A DNA stretch of 64,000 nt from Octopus sinensis (taxonomy: Eukaryota), in the NCBI RefSeq assembly GCF_006345805.1, contig NC_043004.1, positions 3,410,001 to 3,474,000 on the forward strand, read 5' to 3'. The notes under the pieces were generated by a model. It did no database searches, was not told the origin of the DNA, and saw only the letters and a list, made by a program, of their open reading frames with translations. Positions within the stretch are counted from its first letter, which is position 1; the number at the start of each line of letters is the position of its first letter. Both the position numbers and the translations under genes were made by a program. Positions 1 through 13,781 of the stretch are shown piece by piece.

Positions 1-590
1 GACTAAACACATTAGTTTGCTGGTTAATAATGTGTGCGAAATAGTTTTCAGTTGTTACTGATTTATAAAGATATAGCAGTTTCTATCCGATCGTAATGCT
101 GCTCTATCGCTGGCGTTGTCCACCTTGTACAAAGGTACATCAGATCATGATGTAATAGCAATGAATTTAGACGGCTTATCCTGGATTATTTGTCAATTCC
201 ACCGCTTTCTAAGATTAGGTTATTTTTCGATTAGGTTTCCAAATTATAAAAAAGCCCCTATGGTTGGTTGACTTCGCTAAAAATAACAAGTAAACCTCTT
301 TCAAAATATACTCTTTCTTTCCAAAATAGAAGAATACATTGAATAATGTATTCCTATATAAATCATGCCTAAAAAAGACAGGATGGCCATTGCTAAAATC
401 ATTTGCTCAGAGATAAGATGGATTTGGGCAAACTTTGAGATAAAAAACAGCAATGACAATAAATCAGGGTCAAAGACGAAATTATATTTTATTTTCAGTC
501 CGGTTGTATTGTAATATCATCATAAGTCTTTATCTGCTCTGTTTATCATCTACAGTCCCAGCAAGGAGCATTGAACTGGCACTTAATATT

Positions 591-798
591 GATTTCAAAT
601 TTGGGCACAAGGTCAGCAATTTTGGAGTAGGGTGTAAATTGATTATATCGACCCCAGTACACACCTGGTACTTATTTTAACCGAAAAGATGAAAGGCAAA
701 GTCAACCTCGACGGAATTCGAATTCAGAACGTAGCAACGGACGAAATGCCGTTAAGTATTCACCTGAGATGCTAACGATTCTGCCAGCTCGCCGCCTT
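591..798 (-). mobile_element. SINE family A (tRNA-derived head, conserved middle GTCGACTTTGCCTTTCATCCTTTCGGGGTCGATAAA, tail type C)
   Basis: Reverse complement has the head GGCGGCGAGCTGGCAGAATCGTTAGC and a B-box-like GAATTCGAATTC; the middle block recurs in more than 15 copies in the window. Confidence 0.85.
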
Positions 799-3166
799 AT
801 TCTGGCATTTAATATGGAAGGATCGGCTCGGGACTTAGAGCTGTCAAGCTCAAGGTTGCATATAGTTCATCACAATCGATGAATTAAGTGCCAATTATAA
901 ACTGATGTAGAGTTGATAGGTTATAGTAAATTTCAACTGACAAGAGCTTCATTTTAGAGAAAAAGAATTAATTTCATAAATATTAAATGCATTAGTATCT
1001 TTAAAAGATTGGAGGTAAACCCCGATATAACCGACACTCCAGTCCTTCTAGGAAACTCAGAGAAACCTTTTACTTGGTATTAAATGAAATCAAATCCCTC
1101 GCACGTGTCAATCACGTTGACACACACACACACGTGCGTGTTTTATATGCTTTTAATATGATACTGCGCTAAATATAATAATTGGCTAAAATGCAACTCG
1201 CCAACAGCCTGTCTATTTTACTGTCTGTTATCACTACTGATATGGTATTCACTCCTTTAAACCATAGAGTAACTAGCTACCAATACAGGGGCCCATTCGA
1301 GGCCCACTCAGTCAACCTTTTGCCATTCATCCTCAGTCTTACCCCTCCCCTGGTCTCTCGTCAATTCTTCTATCCAATCCCTATAACCAGCCGTGTAAAC
1401 CCTCTGGAATTATTTGTCTCCTATTTTGTTTCCTATTTATATCTAATTACAGATGTTGAAACGGGGAGCATGGGAGGGCCTCCGATGACCAAGGTTAGAG
1501 TCCATTCCTCAGTGGCTGGCACATATAATGCCCAATGTAAGCAACACGTGGGTTACCACAGGCAAAGACATGGATGTGGGGTTAAGAATTTTGCTTCGCC
1601 ACCACGTAGTTTGGAATGCCAACAGTTTATAATCTTGAACAAGTATCTCTAGTTTGCGCCAAGCCTCACGAGTGAAATTAGATTAACGGAAACTGTGTGG
1701 AAGTTTATCGGTTGAATTGTAGTTTTTGTTATGAGATAAGCCTAACAGGTTTAACACATCCGCCAAGTCCTTGCATACTTCGAATAAAGTCCTCAGAAAA
1801 AGGCCCAGCTCTAAAGACAACTCATTTTCCTGTTCAGTGACTTCTTTCTACAGCAGCCTGAATTGTGGCCTTTCCATCCTCTCTGTTGTCTTACCAATCA
1901 TGAAGGACCTAAAAAGGGTATTGAACATTTCCCTTTCTATTTCGACAATTTCCAAAAATATTTCATAACTATTTTGCGATCTTTTAGTATTGAATACAAG
2001 TTATCCTTCCTCACTCGACCCAGGAACCAAAAGAAGGTAAAGAAAATATATTTGAATTTAGTCGTTCACTGATATTATTTATTCAAAAAAAACAATTTAA
2101 AAAATTCAGAATTTTACCTCACATTAAGAACCTTTGTTTGTCAGATCTACTAAAAATCAAATCACCTCACAAACAGCGATAAAGTTTCTAAGAAACGGTT
2201 AACATCAACCTTTCTCAATTCGTATCAATTTGTGGTTTTAAAAAAAAGGGGCTATTTCTTTTACATATTTCTTTTACGTAGAAAAAGTCGGTTCAAACAA
2301 CTGATGTCTCTTAATTGTCACCTTCATATCGTAACATTATAAAACTTCATTTTTAGCCAATAATGAACACCAACTAGCGAGGGAGACTCTCAGTGGTTAC
2401 TTGATCTACTAAAAATAAAAACGAGGAGCCAAATCTTCTTAAATTGTTGTCTTCTTCAAGGGTGACATTTTGGAGAATCTGATCCGAGACTTTTTTTTAA
2501 TTCTGAAATATAAAAATGAATCGCCTCGGCTGCAATAGCTTTCGATGATCGAGCTTCTTGATCTGGGGCTAAACAATAACATCAGTAATGGGCGGGACTC
2601 TATGTGGTTGTTTGTTCTTCTAAAAATAGCGGCCACGCCTCTTTAATATAGGAAGTCCAAATTGCATAAAGTAGTTTTACATATGCGGCAACAAAGATGA
2701 GGTGATTACGGTTTGAACGTCTTTGATCCTGGGTTTGCAATGTCAGAGGAGATCGGAAGCGCAACTACCATTCCAATAAATAACCAACGCATTCTTTCAT
2801 GTTCCTCCGACTCTCTTCAAAAAGAGAAGGATCCATTGAACAATTTAGAGTTGGACACCTCTAAAAATGGTGGCAGAGGTAGATTGGAACAAGTTTTATC
2901 ATAGGACTCTACCAAGAAAAGGAAACCTAACGACAAACTATTCAACAGTGCCTAACTGGCGAAACCTACGTGGATTCACAGGAAGGAAATTCGCTTCCAC
3001 TTGGAATGGGAGTTTGAGATTCCAGCAAGCGGGGATTGGTCCCACTTTGAAGACTCCGTTATCATTGTTCCCAGTTTTTGTTTTTGAGGATGTTACTGTG
3101 AGATCAATAAAAAGCTGGTCATGTGTTATAATATATACCTTGTAACACACACACATATATATATAT

Positions 3167-3395
3167 ATTTCTTTACTGCCCACAAGGGGCTAAACATAGA
3201 GGGAACAAACAAGGACAGACAAAGGGATTAAGTCGGTTACATCGACCCCAGTGAGTAACTGGTACTTAATTCATCGACCCCGAAAGGATGAAAGGCAAAG
3301 TCGACCTCGGCGGAATTTGAACCCAGAACGTATCGGCAGACGAAATACTGCTAAGCATTTCGCCCGGCGTGCTAACAGTTCTGCCAGTTCGCCTT
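3167..3395 (-). mobile_element. SINE family A, full length, tail type A, inserted in (TA)n
   Basis: Close match to the copies at 55639-55868 and 47645-47858; TA runs on both sides. Confidence 0.9.
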
Positions 3396-3408
3396 ATATA
3401 TATATATA

Positions 3409-3448
<40 letters not shown>

Positions 3449-3555
3449 GTGTGTATATATATATATATTATAATGTGTGTGTGTATATATATATATATAT
3501 ATAATGTGTGTGTGTTTATATATATATATATATATATGTATGTATATGTATATAT

Positions 3556-3594
<39 letters not shown>

Positions 3595-3825
3595 AATATT
3601 ATTTTTGTGTTAGTTTATTGCTAAAGGTGTAGACTGGAGAGACAAGTGTAAGAACGAAGGGTTTTGTGGTTAACAAAATTTCGGGCCTTGTGCCTACAGC
3701 AGAAAAGAATATTTCTAAATACTGTCGTTATTATTTGATTTAGAAATTTTGTTTTTTAGGCATTAGCCATGCATTGAACCCGAAAATTGACGGTGAGCAT
3801 TATGCATCACTATCTAAATGCTGCC

Positions 3826-4273
3826 TAAGGCGGAGAGCTGGCGGAATCTTTAACACACCGAACAAAATGCTGAGCGGCATTTCGTCCGTGTTTGTGTTTT
3901 CAGTTCAGCTTGCTCCGAGGTCGACTTCGTTTTCATCTTTGATCCTTTCGGGGTCGATCAAGTAAATACCAGCTGTATACTTGGTTTGATTATTCGGCTT
4001 ACACTCTCTCTCTAAACCTGCTGGCCTTGAGCTAAAATTTGAAACCATTATTATTATTAAAAAAGAGGCGAGCTGGTACAATCGTTAGCATGCCGGACAA
4101 AATGCTCTGCGGCGTTTCGTCCGGATTTAAGTTCTGAATTCAAAAGCCACCAGTGTTGACTTTGCCTTTCATCCTTTCGAGGTCGATGAAACAAATACCA
4201 GCTGTGTACTGGGGTTGATGTAATCGATTTACCCGTCACATGGAATGGCTGTCGTGCCGAAATTTGAAACTAA
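3826..4273 (+). mobile_element. Two tandem, diverged SINE-A copies (3826-4058 and 4063-4273)
   Basis: Each has the GGCG(G)AGCTGG head, the middle block and a GCC..AAATTTGAAAC tail; separated by (ATT)n. Confidence 0.8.
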
Positions 4274-4481
4274 TACGTTATAAAGTGACCAAAGAAGGGA
4301 TTATTTTGCACCCGAGGATATAACATACGGACAGCAACTGCTACAACAGCAACAACACAGAGGTAACTATTGTTCGTTCTAAGTTAATCCTCAGCAAAAA
4401 AAAAACAAAACAAAAGAATGACTACACAGAGAGGCAGAAAATATATTCAATACGAAAGAGATTTACCAAGAGAGAAGAGAT

Positions 4482-4568
<87 letters not shown>

Positions 4569-4572
4569 CTAG

Positions 4573-4600
<28 letters not shown>
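4482..4600. repeat. (GATA)n microsatellite
   Basis: Direct reading; similar arrays at 17560-17650 and 21270-21478. Confidence 0.95.
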
Positions 4601-4607
<7 letters not shown>

Positions 4608-5391
4608 CTATATATGCGTTGAGAGAGAGAAAGAAAGAATCGAACGTTTCCATGTGCTGCGTACAAATTATACTCAAACATTCAAATATCTTTTTAAGTA
4701 TATGAAAAGAGATAAGCGGTTCCTTCATGTTCAAAGAATTATTTCAAGGAGAAACGGACTCCGGTCATCAGCTGAATGACTGGAAACGCGTGACTCACAG
4801 TATTAGACATTGGAGAATTTCGGTTACAATGTATCAAAGAATACTCTGCAGTTATGTATTGAGTCCTATAATTTAGTGAATCAACAAATATTTACACATT
4901 TGTCTGTGTGTATGTGTGTGTATTTAGAGAGGGCGAGAGAGAGAGAAAGTTTCTATTATAAAAAAAATGTGAGTACATGTGCTTGTATGTATGTATATAT
5001 GTACATATATTTATGTGTATGTTTATATGTGTCTATATATGTGCATATATATGTATATATACAGAGAGAGAGAAAAAAAAGAGACAGGCAGACTTGACAG
5101 ACATCGAAATAAAATCAAGCTACCAATATACCAACCTGCCATAACGACTCCTTAACAGCTAATCCACGTGACAGTAAAATGATCCACACATCCGGTCATT
5201 GTAAGACGACGGCTCGGTAAACTCCGAATATTTCCAATTTTCTGCTAGTCATTAAGTAATGACGGTTCGTTAGTTCCTATAACTTTTGAAATTCATCCAG
5301 GGGTTAACGAAGAATCTGACCAGCGGAGCTTCTTTTTTTTTACCACATAATGTCTTATCGTTCATACATACATATATGTACATATATATAT

Positions 5392-5443
<52 letters not shown>

Positions 5444-5468
5444 GTAGAGATGTGTAAATGTAAATACA

Positions 5469-5511
<43 letters not shown>

Positions 5512-7876
5512 TGTGCATGTTATGTGTGTGTGTGTGTTGTATATTCCTAGACAGTTAATACTATATAATGGTTATGTTGCGGAATATGTCTGACATTATA
5601 TAATAAAGTGACGCCTGTCTGTGGAATTACATCGTAATATCCCGACTGAAAAATGAAAATGATGGATTCTCCGGGGGTATTTGCAGAGTGATGCCAAGGG
5701 ATAAATCTCGCATCTATAATAACGGCTGCTGTATTGTTTTGTTGTTGTTGTTGTTGAAAAGAAAAGGGGAATCAAACTAAGAAAGAATCCTTCAAGAAAA
5801 GTCGCCGACTTGGAAAATCCCAATGATCAAATTGATTAGATCTAGTATAACATGGTCACTCGATGTTTTCCTCTCCGTCTCGAACATTTTATGAGAGCAA
5901 AACCAGCAGCTCAGAATATGTCGGCTGTTTTCAAATCCGTTGGTTTTCTTCTTTCCGATAGGCCATATGAAGGCGCCAGAGGCCTAGTAACGTTTACGAC
6001 CACGTCAGAGCAGCGACAAAATCATGTATAATGTATATTATTTTCTACAGAAGATTTGTCTCGCGACTAATTCCAGCGATGCTTCGTTGTATATTGAAGG
6101 CCTTCTGATTGACGATTTCCGCTAATTGTTATTTAGTCATTCAAATCTGCCTCAAAGATGATCTGCATGTGCATAAATAGCTCTTAACAGCAACCATGGT
6201 ATTAGCCAGTCATTATTTATTTATGCACTTGTGATATTCACGTCCATCTACTCACGGATTTTCTTGACATTCTCTGTGAATTTTAAAATGAACTTGAAAG
6301 TTTAGCGATGTTCCTCATTAAGCTTTGGTTTTCATTGACCCATTTTGTGTTGGTTCTCTTATGTTTCTCAGTCTCCGCCGTACATCCTCACATGAAAGCC
6401 AGCTAATGTATATGCATATATGGAAGCTGGAACATGTTGAAGAATCAGACAGCGAAATTAAAATATTTGCATGTATTAGTAGAGATTTATGGTAGAATAA
6501 AATGAAAACGATCTAGTTTACCTTTCTTTTTCTTCTAAAACTGTTTCTCTCTGTTAATATTTCTTTTCTATTTAATACAATTCATATTCTCTCGTAGACA
6601 AACATCGAAGTGTGTCGCTATTAAAATTAACTACAAATATACACTTTTGAAAATTCTTGTCCAGAGACTATGTAGATTACTTTTGTTAATGCCCAACAAT
6701 GCTAAATATTCTTCATACAATATCTCCATTTACCAATATTCCTTCTTTACACACACACACACACATACAAGCACATTATATGTAGGCAGGTAGGTGCGCA
6801 CACAAGTACATAGACATATTTGTGCGTATAAATTTATATATATATATATATATATTTGTGTGTGTATATATGTGTATGCATGTATGTACTTAAGTACGGA
6901 TATGTATCAAGGAGAAAGTGTTGATAAATCGAAATATTATTGGAATACACACACATACATATACATGTGTATGTGTATATACATATTGGATTTACTATAT
7001 ATATATATATATATATATATACATACATATACACATACATATCTGTGTGTGCGTGCGTGTGTGTATACATGTGTCTACACACAAGCGCACACACATATTC
7101 TTTTGTAATCTATTATCCTCCGTTCATGCTGACCTGATCTTTCTGAGGTACAGTGCTCTTTTTACTAACAATCCCAATAAAAATAGACTGACACACAGTA
7201 TAAAATGCTTGTGGCATTTTTCCTCCTATCCTTCAAATCGTTTCAATATATTCTAATAAATGTCAGATTATCATTTTCAGAAGTCATTCTCAACACAAAT
7301 TTCCCATAAATATAGACATATTATTCCAATTTTTATAATAGATACACTGTTTAGCCATTGCCGTTATCAAAGCTGGAATATAATAAATAGCAATGATTAA
7401 TATGTAGTTAAAGCATTCGCCAGCTATCTCCATAACATTACAATATATTATCCCATTTACCATATTTTACTGATTAAAAACCATGATTACAACATTCACC
7501 TATTGGAGTCTTCTCCCGACCTCTTTTAGAACCATCGGGCACCTATTTTTCATTCTCTCTTCTATTTTTACGAAATAATAATAATAATAATAAATAAAAA
7601 ATATTGGCGAAAATATTCATCTGGACTTCTTCTTCTTCGAGATTCTTTTTTTTTTTATGTGTGTATATCTTGCCGAAATTTGGTTCTTATTTAAATATTC
7701 TTGTACGTCTTACCTTATCTTTAGACAAATGCAAATTAACACACGGCTCTCTGAAACAATATCTGTGTGTCTACTCACACAAGCAGTTTTGCATACATTT
7801 TGGAAATACACGAGTGTGTGTGTGTGTGTGTATGGGCGTTAATGGCCACAGACACACACACACACACATACATTCA

Positions 7877-7909
<33 letters not shown>

Positions 7910-8541
7910 GGAGAAAGAGAGAGAGGGGGAAACAGTTATAGATAGTATATTGTGCACACATAAATATGCATAATTATATTTATGTCTGCGTTTCACTTTC
8001 CTTCGTCCATTCTCTCTATGAGTGCTTGTGTATGTGTGTGCCTGTGTGTGTGTGTGAAGCGGTGTGTGCACGTGGTTCTGCAATGTTCGTTTCACTGCTT
8101 GCAAGCCTATATGCATACTAATGAAGCTATTATTTATAGATAGATGCACTTCTACAGAGGCATACGCTCATTAAACCCTGCATATATTTATTCAGGTACA
8201 ATTGCTTTTGCAGAAACAAACTTTGTATGCATTGTTACAAGTTGTTAGAGAGGAGGCCACATTGTGAAAGCGATCAATACTTGAGAAAATGGCGGCGATG
8301 TAGAGTTGAAGTTTGAAAGTAAATATGGCCGACCTTATAGACAACGCCATTTTCTGTTTGTCACTCGTTTCTAACTGACAATTTCACAATACTTTATTCC
8401 ATTGTCTTTTCACATTTCATAACAACATCATTATTAATAGCATTGTCTTTTTTGGTTCACTATTTTCTTATCTTTTACTCCCGCGCGCGCAGATTTTATA
8501 ACTGCTGTATTTACAACAACAACAATAATAATAATAATAAT

Positions 8542-8848
8542 CGTTTCTGTTATAGGCACAAGGCTTGAAATATTTGGGAAAGGGGTAAGCCGATTACGTC
8601 GACCCCAATGCGTAACTGGTACTTATTTAATCGATCCCGAAAGAATGAATGGTAAAGTCGACCTCGGCGGAAGTTGAACTCAACAATAATAATAATAAGT
8701 TTTTTTCTATTATAGGCACAAGGCCTGAAGATTTTGGCTGTGGGGGGGGGGACTAGTCGATTACATTGACCCGAGAATTTCACTGGTACTTAATTTATCG
8801 ACCCCGAAAGAATGAAAGGCAAAGTCGACCGCAAGGAATTTGAACTCA
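8542..8848 (-). mobile_element. Two tandem headless SINE-A copies (8542-8682 and ~8704-8848), tail type B, in (AAT)n
   Basis: Both stop at TTGAACTCA on the + strand and are embedded in AAT repeats. Confidence 0.85.
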
Positions 8849-11298
8849 ACAACAGCAATAATAATGATAATAATAATAATATCACAGCAAATATGGAGAT
8901 CCGGAATATGCAATAAATCACATTTTTTCCGGAAGTCCACTTCTAGCCAAGATATAAAACATCCACAGACATGACAGAACTGGCACTGAAGATGAACAGT
9001 AAAGGAATAAAACGATATTACGAAGCGAATAAATTTGATCTTATAGAATATACTGCATAAAAGTGTTCGAAGACAATACCTCACTGGACAATCAAAACTT
9101 CCAAGAATTGATAACAATATTAAGACATTTACAAGAAGCAAAACCTGGACTTTTCTACTTGAAGAGGTCTGCATGATACATCTGCTCATTATAAACACCA
9201 TCATCATCATCATCATCATTTACAACGATAGCAAAAACAATCATTTCTGTTATCGATAGAAAGCCTAAAATGCGGTGGATATAGGTTTTATCATCAAAGC
9301 GTTCAGTGCTTGATTTGTTACTTTAATTTAATGACCCTGAAAAAAAATTAAAACCAGGATGACCCCGGACGGAATTTGAAAATAATACAACGATGATAAA
9401 TATCCAGGCTTGTCTGGTATAAGTCGATTACAGGTTGTGTCACCAGGTAAACAGTGTTGCGTAGCAAGCCATGAACTCAATCGTTCGTATCCAGTCAACG
9501 ATATCCTGTTGTTGTCCATAGTTTAACAACAAGTCATTTTTGGAATAGACTTATGATGAAAGAGCTTCCAGTCGTGACAGTTCCTTCATTTTGTATATCA
9601 AAGATGCCGTTGTCCACCGTATTCTTCCTTTTTTCTTTTTTCTTTTTTTTAGAAATATTAAGCTATGATATGAGAGATTTGACTGTTATGTTTAGCAGAA
9701 CAAGAAATCGTATAGGAGCATCTTAGTTCACTAATCGCTGATACAGTTACTGCTACATATGCTGCCGCCGCTGCTACTACTACTGCTGCCGCTGCTGCTT
9801 TTGTACCAATTTCTTAAGATTACTAGAGAAGATAAAAGAGAAATGGTGTAAAGTCATGATAGGTGAAAGAAATGAAACGAAAAAGTTGCTTTGGACGATG
9901 GAATGGTAGAAATGGTAAAACTCAAACAAAATAATTCGTAGCAATTATGTTTCTTTACTCTACATATGCTTTTGTGAGTTCAAACTTAAGCAAGGTTAAC
10001 TCTGCCTTCGTTCCTTCTGGGGTCAATAAAACATATCACACAAAGTACTGTAGTTCAATATCCCTGACTGAACGCTCCTAGTCGGTACCCCAACATGGCC
10101 GGAGTTAAACTAGTGAAAGAGAAAAGGAATGTTTTGTAAGTGCGGAATTTTATCAAAGAATTTTGGATTTATAGAACGGCAGCAAGAACACATTTTTTTT
10201 CCATAAAGATTTACAGTGGGAATGGACAAGTAAAGAAGGACTGTTGCCTTAACTTCGTGAATGTCTGCAGATCCTTCATGACTAGGAATCTGTGTGATTG
10301 ATGCAATAAGTAGTGCTTATGAACCCATATCAGATAATCTGGTTTTGATGTTTGTCAGTGGTGCCAAAAGAAATTGAAAGACTTTGGAAGGGTTGATGAT
10401 GATGATGATGGTGGTGATGGTGATGTTTAGCTCCTGATAACTTCTCACTGAACAACTAATTATTTTTAAAATATCAAGAACCACATTGTATAATCTAGTC
10501 ATTTCTTTCTTTTGAGATGTCATCTGATGAAGATTTGGCTACCATTTTCAGCAGGTCGATTGAACCCCCCACCCCAATAGTAGTTTCTTCAAAGAATTAT
10601 TTACTCGAGTAACAAGTAATAGCTGGGTTGTATGATCGCAGTAAATTGCTTCGATATTTTCTCGAATGTACAACAGTTGAAACATGTCGACTTGTTAGTT
10701 GCCGTTAGCGTTCCAAAGATGAAACTAATTTAGCTGAGATTTACAATGTTATTACAATTTCAATTTTAGCATAAATTGCTAATCAGCAAAGGTGACTTTA
10801 ATAAAAGTATTTGAATCTAAACCCTGAAACCATTTCCAGCCCCACCCTACATCTACTATAAAAGTAAAACCGTTACATAATAACCCAGTAACCTTTTATT
10901 GAACTCCTAAAAGTAACTAACACTCCATCAAAAGAGAAATCCAATTTTCATATTGCTTACAACTTATTAGTAATATAGAGGCAGATAAATTTATGTCATT
11001 TGCCGGCAATTAACTTTATAACCTTTTCTCAAGATCATCATTGCAAGATTGGAATATTTCTTAATGGAATTATATACATTTTAACTCCCAAAGCGCCATA
11101 TTTTAAGTTCGTTATTAACTAATTTCACGGTGAAATAGGGGAGCAATGAACGCTGGGATATATAATTTGTGTTATATTAGTTTTGGAATATCTGGGGAGA
11201 GAAGAACGAACATACAGAAGAAATGTAAAATTTCAAAGAACCGAATACAAGTAATAGGATTTCGGTTATAAGTTCTTGCTAATATTCCGTTCTTTGAT

Positions 11299-11585
11299 TA
11301 GGCGAATGGAATCGTTAGCACACCGAACGAAATGTTTAGCGTCCTTTCATCCGTCTTTACATTCCAAGTTCAAATCCCGCCTAGGTCGATTTTGCTTTTC
11401 ATCGTTTCGGGGTCGATGAAATAAGTACCATTTGAGCGACATAACCGACTTACACCTTCCTTTGAAATTACTGGCTTTGTGCCAAATTTTGAAATCGATA
11501 TTATGTTCTTTTATAAGACGATGAGCTGGCAGAATCGTTACCGCGCCGGGCAAAATGCTTAGCGGCACTTCGCCCATCATCATAG
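11299..11585 (+). mobile_element. Diverged SINE-A followed by an isolated SINE-A head
   Basis: GAATCGTTAGCACACCG..AAGTTCAAATCCCGCC..GGGGTCGATGAAATAAGTACC, then GAGCTGGCAGAATCGTTACCGCGCCGGGC. Confidence 0.75.
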
Positions 11586-11715
11586 TCTGTTGATTCTATG
11601 AATATAGGATTACTTCTGGAATCCATGAATAAGTGGTTTGTTTGTATTGATGGATGTACAATCAGTTTATATACATACATACATATATATATATTGTGTG
11701 TGTGTGTGTGTGTAA

Positions 11716-12040
11716 GTGGCATTCCGTCGTTTGCAACGACGAGGGTTCCAGTTGATCCGATCAACAGAACAGCCTGCTCGTGAAATTAACGTGCAAGTGG
11801 CTGAGTACTCCACAGACACGTGTACCCTTAACGTAGTTCTCGGGGAGATTCAGCGTGACACGGAGTGAGAAAAGCCTTGCCCTTTCAAATACAGGTACAA
11901 CAGAAACAGGAAGAAACGGATCCTCGTGGAGCTTTAGGTGTTTTCACTCAAGAAACATTTACAGCGTCCGGTCTAGGAATCGAAATCGCGATCCTAAGAC
12001 CGCGTGTCCGCTGCCCTTACCTCTGGGCCATTGCGCCTCT
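11716..12040 (-). mobile_element. SINE family D (tRNA-like head GGCGCAATGGCCCAGAGGTAAGGGCAGCGG..TTTCGATTCC)
   Basis: A- and B-box-like motifs on the minus strand; long unique tail ending ACGACGGAATGCCA. Confidence 0.7.
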
Positions 12041-12420
12041 ACATACACACACACAAAAAAAACATACACACACACAAACATACGCACACACATACACACA
12101 TGCAAACATACATACACACACAAACATACACACACACATACACACACACAATCAACCGGAATTTATCACACAGCAATCGATTGAAATCGATTACAGGAAG
12201 TGTTGTCCTGAGACATCGTATGAAGTTCTGAGCATTTAAAACGAAATGCTTGTGACGAATTAATCAGAGAAAGAGATTTTAGGACATTTTTTTTTAGTCC
12301 AGTTTGTAAAATATTCAACCGTTTTACAAAAAATACTTTAATTTAGTTGATACTTTAAACAAATCAGATTTGCAACAGGTAAGAGTATTTGGTAAAGAGA
12401 CTATTTGGAAATATCCGTTC

Positions 12421-12730
12421 AAGGCGTGGGTGGGGCTGTGTGGTAAGAAGCTTGCTTCTCAAACACATGGTTCTGGGATCAGTCCCACCATGTGGCACAT
12501 TGGGAAAGTGTTTTCTACTATAGTCTCGGGTCGACAAAAGCTTTGTGAGTGGATTTGGTAGATGGAAACTGAAACAAGCCCGTGGTATGTGAGTGTTTGT
12601 TTCACAACCGGTATTAGCGTGTTTACGTTCCCGTAACTTAGTGGTTCGGTTAAAGAGATCGATAGAATAAGCACCACGCTTTAAAAAAATAAATACATGG
12701 TCGCAATCTAATGACTGAAACAAAATAAGA
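12421..12730 (+). mobile_element. SINE family B (tRNA head, CORE-like CCTTGGGCAAGTGTCTTCTACT block, internal microsatellite, CR1-like tail), diverged
   Basis: Matches the copies at 57125, 35530 and 61659. Confidence 0.85.
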
Positions 12731-13622
12731 CATTGAACTAAACCAGACGCAACTGTGGCTGGCTGGGTCAACAAATTCCAGCTTTTTTTATGTCACCAGA
12801 CTGAGAAAGTTTGGAAGAATTTTATTCTTCTGAATCTATTGAGAACAACAAGACGTCGACATGACCCCATTGTCTTTTAGACTCTCTTGAACTAAATTAC
12901 CCAATGTTTAGCGATTGTGGAATTTGGTTTGGAAATGATACAATCTTTTATGTCGAATATATTATGACCACAGCCTTCAAGTACACGACGCGAGACAGCG
13001 AGGGATCATTCTACTTGCTAGAAATAACAGCCAATTCTCCATCAAAATACATTAAATTGTCTTGATTAGAAAGGCCCACATTGAAAAAAACTGTGATTTT
13101 ACATAGTAACCGAGAAAAGGGCGGTTTTGTGGATGAAAGGTGTTGGATAATATATCCCTTCAGGGACAGCTGACCAAGATATCTAAACAACAACTGGGTA
13201 GTGTGATTGACTATTTAATAGACCTGATAAACAGGGATGTAGTGAACTGGTGTAAGTGTATACTCCCTGGTGGGAGGTTTTGGAATTTGTCCTTCATCAA
13301 CAGAGAAATGTTTCGCCTGTTTACGCCAAATGCCTCGGACTCTAAGCTTTTATGTGCTGCCTCTTTGCACATCTTTTGTTTATTTTCAGAAATAGTGTTT
13401 CTCAGACTACATTATTAAATGAATCCCTTTTCAAGACTGCAGAGAGCTTGAGGAAGATTTAGTTACTCTTTCTAGCATGGCAAGCTACCATATAGAAGTT
13501 GCTTTATTTTCTCGTTCTGCGACAAGAGCGCTACAAATACTCATCAAATTGACCAATCCTTAAAAACATTCTTGTCAGGATAATCCTGTATTTTACTAAA
13601 TCCAGTACAATTGGGTTAATTC

Positions 13623-13781
13623 TATTTCTTTATTGCCCACAAAGGGCTAAACATAAAGGGAATAAACAAGGACAGACAAAGGGATTAAGTCTATTACATC
13701 GACCCAGTGCGTAATTGGTACTTAATTTATCGACCCCGAAAGGATGAAAGGCAAAGTCGACCTCGGCAGAATTTGAACTCA
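13623..13781 (-). mobile_element. Headless SINE-A, tail type A, with a 14-bp target-site duplication
   Basis: TSD AATTGGGTTAATTC at 13609-13622 and 13782-13795. Confidence 0.9.

Noticed and set aside
1182-1652. 156-codon ORF
   Set aside because: No recognisable motif; its 3' part runs through a degenerate SINE-B-like head (~1565-1700)
2700-3130. Overlapping 60-90-aa ORFs, possibly decayed retroelement ORF1
   Set aside because: No diagnostic motif in any frame
4745-4795. CTGATGA/GAAA words near a small hairpin
   Set aside because: Stems I and II cannot be formed next to the core; not a hammerhead
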